Shown: positions 23,874 to 34,230 of the stretch, in pieces
How the letters are laid out: each line of letters opens with the position of its first letter
How positions within the stretch are numbered: position 1 is the stretch's first letter
Assembly (NCBI RefSeq): GCF_001194135.2
Contig: NC_069003.1
Location: 13,733,696-13,768,073 of the forward strand
DNA: 34,378 nt
Source: Octopus bimaculoides
Lineage: Eukaryota
Direction: 5' to 3'
Program-made: the position numbers and the translations under genes
The notes under the pieces: model-generated
Told to the model about the DNA's origin: nothing
Database searches by the model: none
Seen by the model: the letters and a program-made list of their open reading frames with translations, nothing else

Positions 23874-24586
23874 NNNNNNNNNNNNNNNNNNNNNNNNNNN
23901 NNNNNNNNNNNNNNNNNNNNNNNNNNNNNNNNNNNNNNNNNNNNNNNNNNNNNNNNNNNNNNNNNNNNNNNNNNNNNNNNNNNNNNNNNNNNNNNNNNNN
24001 NNNNNNNNNNNNNNNNNNNNNNNNNNNNNNNNNNNNNNNNNNNNNNNNNNNNNNNNNNNNNNNNNNNNNNNNNNNNNNNNNNNNNNNNNNNNNNNNNNNN
24101 NNNNNNNNNNNNNNNNNNNNNNNNNNNNNNNNNNNNNNNNNNNNNNNNNNNNNNNNNNNNNNNNNNNNNNNNNNNNNNNNNNNNNNNNNNNNNNNNNNNN
24201 NNNNNNNNNNNNNNNNNNNNNNNNNNNNNNNNNNNNNNNNNNNNNNNNNNNNNNNNNNNNNNNNNNNNNNNNNNNNNNNNNNNNNNNNNNNNNNNNNNNN
24301 NNNNNNNNNNNNNNNNNNNNNNNNNNNNNNNNNNNNNNNNNNNNNNNNNNNNNNNNNNNNNNNNNNNNNNNNNNNNNNNNNNNNNNNNNNNNNNNNNNNN
24401 NNNNNNNNNNNNNNNNNNNNNNNNNNNNNNNNNNNNNNNNNNNNNNNNNNNNNNNNNNNNNNNNNNNNNNNNNNNNNNNNNNNNNNNNNNNNNNNNNNNN
24501 NNNNNNNNNNNNNNNNNNNNNNNNNNNNNNNNNNNNNNNNNNNNNNNNNNNNNNNNNNNNNNNNNNNNNNNNNNNNNNNNNNNNNN

Positions 24587-24619
<33 letters not shown>

Positions 24620-25611
24620 GTATACAGATTCTGTGACTTGCAGCACACAACTCAACTTTCAAACTTGTAAAAGTCCACCCAGAATTAAGGAGCGATTTAA
24701 AAGACGAGGCGGGTAGGTATGAAATGAGAATCTTTATCGCTGAATGGTAAAAGCGAGCGGAGTAGAACTTGTCACAACCGTTGGGCATCATTTACTGTAA
24801 CCGCAGCAAATTGCCACAGATATTAAGCAAACGAAGCTGGCGTTCGACGGTGAACTTAATGTATTTAACAAATGGACTATCGGGGATAAACGGTAATAAC
24901 AGAACAAAACAATACACATACATGCATACATACATACATACATAGTACATGTATACATACATACATGCATGCATACATAGTACATACATAGTACATACAT
25001 ATATTCATATATNNNNNNNNNNNNNNNNNNNNNNNNNNNNNNNNNNNNNNNNNNNNNNNNNNNNNNNNNNNNNNNNNNNNNNNNNNNNNNNNNNNNNNNN
25101 NNNNNNNNNNNNNNNNNNNNNNNNNNNNNNNNNNNNNNNNNNNNNNNNNNNNNNNNNNNNNNNNNNNNNNNNNNNNNNNNNNNNNNNNNNNNNNNNNNNN
25201 NNNNNNNNNNNNNNNNNNNNNNNNNNNNNNNNNNNNNNNNNNATGAATATATATATATATATACATATATGTGTGTGTGTAGTATATATATATATGTATA
25301 TGTATATATAGATGTATACATATGAATATATATATATATATACATATATGTGTGTGTGTAGTATATATATATATGTATATGTATGTGTGTGTGTGTGTAT
25401 ACACATACACACATATATATACACCCACACATACACGCTCACACAAATCGCTAATGGACGTCACGCTAAATATCGTTTACTCCAACAGTTAGTTAATGTG
25501 CAAGGTTTGCATGTGGCCAATGTACCATAATTGTATCGTGCATGGGAAAGATAACACAGGCCATATATCGCGTGAGTTATGATGAATAATTATAGTTTAT
25601 AGAATGTAGAG

Positions 25612-26110
25612 TGTGGGTGTATGACCTAGTGCTGCATTCACGATCGCGAGATCGAGATTTCAATTCCTGGGCCGGACGGTGCGTTGTGTTCTCAAACAAA
25701 ACACTTCATTTCACGTTACTCTGCGATCGCTTCGACATCTGATGTGTGGTACATTGTGCACCTGTACAGGCAACAGCAATTTGATGGAGGGCGTGAGCTA
25801 ATGTACAGCACATACATTTGATCACTATAAACCAATGGTTACCAAACTTTTTCGGGTTGCCGCCCTCTTGATACCTAGGCCACATTCCTAAGCGCGCCCT
25901 CCCAACTAATCTTCACAAACATAGACCTCTTTCTGAAGCAAATTCAAAGCGACTGTATTTCACAAATAAAACTTAACTTAACGAACCTATTCTTTTGTTG
26001 TTTTTATATGCATCGCCCCCAGGGGGCAATACCATCCACTTTGGGAACGACTGCTATAAACAAATCATTTGTGCAAAGGCTTCTTTAGCAAGAAATTGCT
26101 GAACCGTTCT
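25612..26110 (+). mobile_element. tRNA-derived SINE family C, interrupted by a MITE
   Basis: Colinear with 31157-31422 (CACTTCATTTCACGTT..CTCTGCGA..CAGGCAAC..TTTGATGGAGGG..GATCACT.TAAAC|AATCATTTGTGC..GCAAGAAATTGC). Confidence 0.85.
25833..26053. mobile_element. 221-bp hAT-type MITE
   Basis: TIRs CAATGGTTACCAAA / TTTGGGAACGACTG (11/14 match); perfect 8-bp TSD CTATAAAC at 25825-32 and 26054-61. Confidence 0.9.
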
Positions 26111-26274
26111 TTTCGCTTTTCGGACTACAAGAGACTACCATAAGAGAATCTTGACAGACTGACATCGTTATCTCTCTCTTTTTCTAAAGCAAAAAATTGC
26201 TAGACTCGTTAGCACACCGGATAAAATGCTAAGCGGCATTTTTTCCGGTTTTAATGTTCCGAACACCAAATACG

Positions 26275-26757
26275 TTACCACATTTTTGTTGAAATACACT
26301 GCGTTTGTTTCAAGCAATTTTGAAAATATTGAAGAATTTAGTAAAATAATTGTGTCATTATTAATTTGGTCTTTGGAACATAAATTAACATGAAGTTTTG
26401 ATGCTAAATTCTAATTCAGATAACTTTATAACAAATATTTTTTAATAATGGAATCAAGGGTTGTTTTGGGTGGGTGTTGGTTGCAAAACGTTTAAAATAA
26501 ACTTTGTTTGATGGTTATTTTATTTACAATAAAAACGTTAGATAAGTTATTGTAATTCTAAAATCTTTAACTCATAAATATTTCAAAAAATTTAAGTCCA
26601 AGGTTAATTATGCTGAAAATTAAAAGCTGTATTATCTTTTTGGTAATAAAATCATATTCGATTAACTTTTAAAATTCTTCAAAGTCATCATTATCTTCAA
26701 AACTAATTGAAACAAAGAGAATATATTTCAGCATAAATACGATAAAAAACGGGTTAG
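26275..26757. mobile_element. AT-rich MITE with about 60-bp imperfect TIRs, possibly piggyBac-type
   Basis: TTACCACATTTTTGTTGAAATACACTGCGTTTGTTTCAA..TTTTGAAAATA pairs imperfectly with TCTTCAAAACTAATTGAAACAAAGAGAATATATTTCAGC; right end GGGTTA. Confidence 0.45.
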
Positions 26758-27469
26758 GAGCTCTTCGGAAGAGGGAGATAATAATGTTAAGAAACATGAT
26801 CTGAATCACAGGAGATTACCACTTTGTTTTCCGTAAGCTTTGCTACTCTCTTCCTCCATTTCATCTCTTACCACAATGAAATCGTTTTCTTCCTCTTTTA
26901 TGGCGTCTGAGTTCTCACATTTTTAAAAAAATGATTTACGGAAGTCTTTACACGAATGAAGACAGTCTCAAGTCTTTTATCTCACTTATTCCGTGTCGAT
27001 ACCTCTACGTTAACACCCTTCGTAAATGAGTTCTCTCCTTTTGACCTCTAAAGACACACCTCAACTTACGTCGTTTCGAGTAACGTCTTTCTCAACTTTT
27101 TTAAAAATAAATCTCAAATTCAGTCGATTTATCCGACTTCGTTTTAGTGAACATATTTAAGTATAAAAACAATAGTAAACACCTAAAAAACCAATACAGT
27201 AGCGGAAAATGAACAAAAAAAATACATGTGAAAATAGGTACAAATTATGTATTAAAATAGATATGAACTAAAATGTCTGAGAATCAATTACCGACGTAAG
27301 CTGAGGTATACCAGTATTTGTTATAATCTAAACGAATATAAAAGGTTTATTTAGGGCTCAAACCAAGAGACTGAAGTATAGTCATTAACCACTGTCCTTC
27401 TGGAATGACTTCACTTACAGTACTGTTTCGTTCAGAAACGGTTACAGCGCTGTTTCGTTCTCATTAAAT

Positions 27470-27905
27470 GGCATGTAAAGGTGTCAGATTCGTTAGCATG
27501 CCGGATAAAATGCTTAACGGCATTTCTTCCGGCTTTACGTCTTGAGTTCAAATTTCGCTGAGGTCAACTTTGCCTTTCATCCTTTTGGGGTTGATAATAT
27601 AAATACCAGTTACGAACTGTGTCGATGTAATCGAATTACTCCCAGCCCCAAAATTGTTGGCCATGTTCTAAAATTTGAAACAAATATTAGGTAACATGTT
27701 AAGGCGACGAACTGACAGAACCGTTAGCACACCGGACAAAATGCTTAGCAGTATTTTTTCCGGCTCTTTACATTCTGAGGTCAAATTTCCGCCGAAGCCT
27801 TTCATCCTTTCGAGGTCGATAAAATAAGTATTAGTTTTGTACTAGGGTCGATGTTGCCTCCCTCTTCTTCAACATTTCAGGCTTTGTGCCTATTGTAGAA
27901 ACAAT
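27470..27905 (+). mobile_element. Two tandem CORE-type SINEs (about 27470-27685 and 27700-27905)
   Basis: CGTTAGCA..CCGGA.AAAATGCTTA heads and GCCTTTCATCCTTT.G.GGT.GATAA cores. Confidence 0.88.
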
Positions 27906-28304
27906 GCTATGTGAGATGGGACCACACCTTAACCAATTTTTAAAAAAAATCATTTTTCCGTTACCAAGACCACCTGAGCATCTTATTCTTGCCATATATT
28001 TTCGATCCATAAAAACACTGTAGCCTCATTTATCCAATCTTTCTCATAGACATAAACAAAAACACCCGAAGACAATTTAATATTTGGCAATGTTTTTCAT
28101 CGAAAAAATAAATATTGGTTTTAATTTGGTTCCGTCTGCGAGACAAGCTTATTTCGATATTGGATTTATCTTTTTACGACCAGTACGTTTTTTAAAATAG
28201 TTTTTTTTACTAATCATTGATGTCAGCAGTTTATTATTAAGCATATAAAAAAAGAAAAAAAATCACCAACACCAAACCAGACCAAGCAGTGTGTTTCATT
28301 CAAA

Positions 28305-28502
28305 TAATCAATCTGGAACCGAACAGTCATATTGCTTCCTCAGTCTAATGATATCTCGTTGGAAATTAGTTATTTTTTCACCAAAACCTGCTGGGAGTTT
28401 CTGATAATCTTTATCTTCTGTCTCAATACCGTATCTTTTCTTTTCACGAAATAAGAACACCAGACTATTTTTGCTTCGAAATCGTTGCTTCCATTTCGAT
28501 AA
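28305..28502 (-). pseudogene. Pogo-type transposase fragment (CENP-B HTH to pre-DDE linker)
   Basis: NDFEAKIVWCSYFVKRKDTVLRQKIKI/QKLPAGFGEKITNFQRDIIRLRKQY; continues the N-terminus at 31487-31752. Confidence 0.75.
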
Positions 28503-28691
28503 GTATTCAAGTTCAGGTAACATTCAAACTACTTCAGATAACATAGAGTAACAAAGAGTTACCTGTATATAATTTAGTTCACATAACATTATAACGTAGT
28601 GTTGTGTGAAAGTAGAACACCCCTATTTGGTTGGCTCCTAATGGACTGTGCCACAATATAAACGGACATGCGCAGAGAGTGTCGGGGAGCT

Positions 28692-30075
28692 TGAAAAGAA
28701 CCGTGTTGAATCGTTATCGTTGTGGATAAGTTGCCCTTTGTTGAAGGTTTTCCCTAGCGGGGTTACCTATTTTTGGAATTGTTAAGCATTTGTTGATTGA
28801 TTGTTATATTTTGTTTTGTTTTCTCCCCCAGGTGGTTTATAGAACCCTATAAGCAAGAAAATAGAAATAGCTTGCGAGGAAGCTATAGAAGAGTGCTTGG
28901 AAGATATAAGGAGTAACATTGAATTTTTCTGCAGAGGAAGAGAATTTGGCTCAATGGAGGTGCGCTTTCCTACTGTTGAGGAGGCAGTAAAATACTCCAC
29001 TGTAACATTGAAAACAGAGGAATGGGTACTCCTGCCAATGTTATCTCGGGAAACGAGTGGCGAGAGTGAGGATTAACGAAATGTGGCTGGTTGCAGTAAT
29101 CTTAGGAACAAAGCAGGACCCAGAAGTGTTGCAGGTAAGCCGGATCAAACAATTGAACTAGTGGGGATATGGCCTGGAAGTAATAATCCAGACCACCTCA
29201 CTGGACTTACAAGAAATTATTGAAGAGATGGGGCTACCAGAAGATGTGAAGCTGAGAGTGGGAGGGAAGACCTCCCACCTGCTACTACTGCAGAAAGAGG
29301 GGGAACATAAAGGCGAGCAGCCCTCTTCTTAACAGTCAGACACCAGTAGAGGAGAAACAAGAAGAAAATAACAACAGAGATGAGAAAATAGAGGAAAATA
29401 TGCAAGAAGCAAATGCAGAAAGGAGAGATTTCAAGAGGTACAAAATAGGAAGAGGAAGGACTTTAAAAATCCCCACCCCTGAAGAACCCAAACAGGAAGA
29501 AAAAGAAGTAGCATACAAGCACCCACACAGTCTACCACATCGCGGCAAACACAAGAAAACCAGCATCTCCAGATAAGCAGACACACTAGCACCACAGACC
29601 AGTAATAAAAATAGGGCGTATCTGACAAACTATTGGACAAGCACGGCCATTGAAGAAAAAAGGGAAACTTGCAAAAATTAAGTCGATAATAAGAGTTGAA
29701 GAGGAGGAAGAGTAATGCGTGCCAGGCATGAGGTGTATATTAATGGATTTAAATAATTATAAAAAAATTAAAAGTAATGTTTGGCGATGACTTGGACCCA
29801 CCAGGGTGGGAAGTGGGATATGATTCTCTACCTCCCGTGGTGGAATTTGAACAATTGAGACCATATTTGGTCTATTAAGGTAATTTTAATTTGATAAACA
29901 TTGGTGTAAAAAAAAAGTTAAATGGTACTACTCGAGAGTGGAGCTCGAGTAGCCATTACACCCACATCCATTCTATAAATCCATTTCATTCATTCGTTTG
30001 TTGTATGTTCCCACTTTGTGTTATCTGTCCTTGTTCGTCCCCTCTGTGTTAGGCCCACAATGGCCAATAAAATGA
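28692..30075 (+). mobile_element. Family D copy 2 (decayed ORF1/gag-like, lacks N-terminus)
   Basis: VYRTL..EFFCRGREFGSMEVRF..EEWVLLPM/YLGKR..WLVAVILG..GRPPTCYYCRKRGNIK; hairpin 29921-57; CATT tract; AATAAA 30066-71. Confidence 0.8.
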
Positions 30076-30094
30076 AAAAGAGATTCGGTGAGCT

Positions 30095-30890
30095 TGCAAA
30101 GAACAGTGTCGTTTTCCTTGTTAAATCACTCGTGATTCCGGTGCAGATAAGTTATCTTTTGTTGTAGGTTCTCCCTAACGGGTTTACCTATCGTTAAAAC
30201 ACTGTTAACTAATTGTTGTACTGTTTGCCTTGTTTTTGTTTTTTCTCCCATCAAGGGCGAAAATAGTATTAAGCTATGGAAGTGGTGCAGACACCCGAGC
30301 AAACACGAGCCGGAAGCTACGCTTCTGTAGCAACCGGCTGGAAGTGGAAGAGGTGTAGGTGGATTTGGGAATTTTGAAGAGCAAGGATTTAATGATACAC
30401 AAGCAGACACACAAACCTCACAGGCAAGTCACATTTGATGACCTATGTGACGGCCATCGAGAGAAAGATTTCAAAAATTAAATCAGCAGCAAGAGTTAGA
30501 ATGCCTGTAAGGTACTACCCAACAAACAAAGTTTATACTAATAGATATGGACAGGTACAAAAAAACTAAAAGAAATTTTCGGAAATGACATAGACCCACT
30601 GAAACCGGAGGTGAGATACGACTCTGTACCTCCCGTGATAGAATATGAGAACTTGAAACAATATATGATCCGATAATGTAAGTTTTAATTTGATTTAAAA
30701 TCGATAAACATAGAAGGGAAAAAATAATTAAATGGTACTACTCGAGAGTGGAGTTCGAGTAGCCATTTTATCACCTCATTAATTATATAATTCATTTCAT
30801 TCATTCGTTTATGTTTTTTGTCCCCACTTTGTGTTGTCTGTCCTTGTACTGTCCCCTTTGTGTTGGGCCCACAATGGCCAATAACGGAAC
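30095..30890 (+). mobile_element. Family D copy 3 (N-terminus and C-terminus only)
   Basis: 5' leader homologous to copy 2; ATG 30276 MEVVQTPEQTRAGSYASVA; C-terminal FGNDIDP..YDSVPPVIEYENL; hairpin 30731-67. Confidence 0.75.
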
Positions 30891-31156
30891 AGTCGGCGAG
30901 CTGTGTAAAGCCGAGAGTTGCTGTTGTTGAGTGTAATTACAAGTTTTGTATATCTTGAGTAGAACGATTTGCGAGGACGCTATTATCCTGTTATATCGTA
31001 CGTCGAACGTGCGATACAACACGTAGTTACCTGTATACAAGCAAGTTCAGGTAACCTTTATGACATAGTTGCCTGTACGTATGCTATTTCAGGTAACTCT
31101 TTAACAGGGAGTTACTTGCGTATAAGCTAGTTCAGATAACGCTATAACAGAGTTGT

Positions 31157-31422
31157 GAGGGCGCATGACCCAGTGGTTAGGGTATTGTACTCATGATCGC
31201 ATGATCGTGGTTTCAATTCCGGGACCGGGTGGTTTATTGTGCTCTTGAGCAAAAGCACTTCATCTCACGTTGCTCTGCGACCACTTGGACACCTGACGTG
31301 TGGTACTCCGCTCACCTATTCAGGCAACGCCGTTTTGATGGAGGGAGTGAGCCACAAATATTTGATCACTGTAAACCAATCATTTGTGCAGGAAATTCAG
31401 CAAGAAATTGCAGAACCGTCAT
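31157..31422 (+). mobile_element. tRNA-derived SINE family C, uninterrupted
   Basis: Head GGGCGCATGACCCAGTGGTTAGGG..GGTTTCAATTCC; single CTGTAAAC at 31369-76 is the empty MITE site. Confidence 0.85.
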
Positions 31423-31486
31423 TCACGAACAACAAGAGTCTACCATTATAACACAGGGTTACTTGTATGTATCCTAGTTCAGCTCA

Positions 31487-31752
31487 TTCGATAACGCATT
31501 TTGTTGGTTTTCATTGATTCAAAAAAGTAATTTTGTTGTTCACGCCAGAAATAAATATCACTTCTTGCAGTACGTTTCATTCTCTGACAATCCCTTCGAG
31601 AAAGTGTTTCCTTCTCTTCCAGTCACACACCAAATTAACATTAACCCCATACTTCTCTCTGCAGCACTGTTGTTTGAAGAGGTCATTAATTTAACAACTT
31701 TCAGTTTGTAAGTCACGCCATATTGGATTTGTTTTTTGATGGTGATAGCCAT
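31487..31752 (-). pseudogene. Pogo-type transposase N-terminus (Brinker-like DNA-binding region)
   Basis: YGVTYKLKVVKL..NNSAAERS..FLA*TTKLLF*INENQQNA. Confidence 0.65.
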
Positions 31753-31977
31753 GGTAATAAAATATATTTTAAGCTATGTTATTTTGGAACAGAAGCTGAA
31801 GAAACTTGAATAGCTACAACCGCCACAAATCAGCAGTTTCGCAGCTGGATGCGTGGGATGATGGCGCCATTGTTTGTCTACATCACCAATGAAAACATGG
31901 CGATGTAAATAGCGGTCAGTATGGTTAACTTGAGTACTTTGCAGATGTGCCATCCTGTTTTATTAGGTAGCTTTTGT

Positions 31978-32330
31978 CTTTTACTTGTTTCAGTCATTAG
32001 ACTGCGGCCATACTGGGGCACCTCATTGAAGAATTTTTAGTCAAATTAATCGACTACAGTCCTTATGTATTTTTTAAAGCCTGGTACTTATTATATCGGT
32101 CTGTTGCCGAACTGCTAGCTTACGGGGACGTAAGTACACCAACATCGGTTGTCAAACGGTGGTGGAGGAAGACAGACTGACAGACAGACAGACACACACA
32201 CATACGGCGGTCTTTCAGTTTCTCTCAACCAAATCCACTCACAAGGCTTTGGTCGACATGAAGCTATAGTAGAAGACACTTACCCAAGGTGCCACGCAGT
32301 GGGACTGAACCCAGAACTATGTGGCTGGTA
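31978..32330 (-). mobile_element. SINE family A
   Basis: TTACTTGTTTCAGTCATTAGACTGCGGCC..CAAATCCACTCACAAGGCTTTGGTCGAC..GTGGGACTGAACCC. Confidence 0.9.
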
Positions 32331-32774
32331 TGCATATTGTAGTTGCCAGTTATAACAACAGTCATCAATGTGTATGGTTTTCTTAGGTATTTTTTAGAAG
32401 GTATTTCGTATGTTCTCTAATATATGGTATATAAAATAAAGTCAGCGTTGAGTGACTCGGTCAGTCCATTTGATATCCAAAATGCATCTTATATATATAT
32501 ATATTACATTTAAAAATCATAAATCTCATTGTCTTGCCAACTTTAAGTACAGATTCATAAATTGAAGCTAGAACAAGATAAGATAGTTAAAATATTTTAC
32601 TAACTTTAAACAATTCAATCCTAACGCTCTCCAGTAATGAAATAATAGTTTATCCGTCTGCATATGTATAAAATGTGCACTTTATGCGGTACGGTGGATT
32701 AAAGCATTTCTTCAGAAGAATCTTAGAATTTGGTTGCTGCTTTATTCTAATGGTTCTTAGCACTATTTATTATG

Positions 32775-33340
32775 CATGCAAGAAAACCATGCAAATAGGT
32801 AAGAAGAGACACAAGTTCTTGTGAATCAAGAACCCGTTGAAAACGTAACCAAATTCACCTTCCTGGGTAGTATTATTGTTATAGAGGGCTACACTGAGGC
32901 AGAGGTCAACGCCAAAATCGGATGTGTAGTAGAAGTGCTCAGAAGAATGAACAAACTCTGGGCTAGCTCTTGGATTAGCAACCGTATGAAGATCTTTGCT
33001 GTATTGTCCTACCAATAGTATTGTCCTGCCAATAGCAGTCTACGCAGGAAAAACTTCGAAAATGACTGTCAAGATCATTCTGAGGTTGAATGCATTCTAC
33101 CAATGCGGTCTACGCAGAATACTTAGGATTATCTACAGGGAAGGAATGCTGAACCCTGAAGTCGTGAGAAGAGCCAATTTGCATAGCCCGCAGGAGATTG
33201 TGCCCGAAAGAAGAGTGAATCGTGCAGTTCATGTTTTCCGACTGTTAGAAGAACGAATGGGCACCACCAGACGAAGAAAGAGAGGGAGAACGAAGAAGAC
33301 TTGGTGCGTCACCTTCAAAGAAGATCTAAGCAATTTAGAA
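32775..33340 (+). pseudogene. RTE-like LINE RT C-terminal fragment
   Basis: VENVTKFTFLGSII..EVNAKIG..IVLPIAVYAG..LNAFYQCGLRRILRI..NPEV..RGRTKKTWCVTFKEDL. Confidence 0.82.
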
Positions 33341-34029
33341 TCACTTGCGAAGATGCTGGTGACTATGCTCAAAACCGGGGTTATTGGAAACCTAATTTTT
33401 GACAAAAAGGGTTCCTTATACACGTTAAAATACGGTATATATATATATATATATATATNNNNNNNNNNNNNNNNNNNNNNNNNNNNNNNNNNNNNNNNNN
33501 NNNNNNNNNNNNNNNNNNNNNNNNNNNNNNNNNNNNNNNNNNNNNNNNNNNNNNNNNNNNNNNNNNNNNNNNNNNNNNNNNNNNNNNNNNNNNNNNNNNN
33601 NNNNNNNNNNNNNNNNNNNNNNNNNNNNNNNAACAGTAGAAGACACATGCGAAAGTTGTCACACAGTCGGACTTAATATTGAAGCATGTCGTTGTGAAGC
33701 AAGCTTCTTACCACGCAGCCATTAACTCCCCCCCCCCACAATAATCCTATAAGAGTTTAACTAACAACACCAGAACGAAAACATCAACTAACAAAGCGAT
33801 AATAACCGGTGTGTTTTTTATTACACCGATTCCTTAAAAGACAGCGAATGCTTTAATTGTTTTGATATGTCCGTAGGTGTGAGTGATGTGTGTTTGCGTG
33901 TGTGTACTGTATATCTTTATACCAAGCAAGAGTTAATTTTCAGAAAATGAATAATTAAGATAGTTTAATAGAAAAGCATTTCTAGTGGAAAAATGAAAAC
34001 ATTCTCAAACAATCAACTTTGCTATCGGC

Positions 34030-34230
34030 TATGTATGTATATATGCATGCATGTATATATGCATGCATGTATATATGCATACATGTATGTATGTATGTAT
34101 GTATATATGCGTGCATGTATATATGCATGTATGTATGTATGTATGTATGTATGTATGTATGTATGCATGCATGCATGTACATTTGTATGTACGTATGTAT
34201 GCGTGCACACAGGCACACACACACACATGA
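34030..34230. repeat. (ATGT)n-derived microsatellite with 16-bp higher-order units
   Basis: ATGCATGTATATATGC repeats read directly. Confidence 0.85.

Larger units (their letters stand above)
28600..31021 (+). mobile_element. LTR-like element TGTTG...CAACA with 5-bp TSD, carrying two family D elements
   Basis: TSD CGTAG at 28595-99 and 31022-26; 5-bp terminal IR; TATAAA at 28657-62. Confidence 0.8.
28503..31486. repeat. Composite insert framed by a roughly 42-bp palindromic minisatellite (units at 28503-28599, 31022-31155 and about 31450-31486)
   Basis: Units such as GTTACCTG-N14-CAGGTAAC; TTCGATAA is duplicated at 28495-502 and 31487-94. Confidence 0.7.

Noticed and set aside
25243-25400. 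79-bp duplication of microsatellite-derived sequence beside a gap
   Set aside because: Low complexity and gap-adjacent; could be an assembly artefact.
29921-29957. GTGGAG hairpin as a twister ribozyme or histone stem-loop
   Set aside because: No twister P2/P4 or pseudoknot partners found; does not match the 6-bp/4-nt histone stem-loop.
31022-31155. Palindromic repeats with variable interiors resembling a CRISPR array
   Set aside because: Eukaryotic context, degenerate repeats, linkers only about 11 bp and mutually similar, no cas genes.
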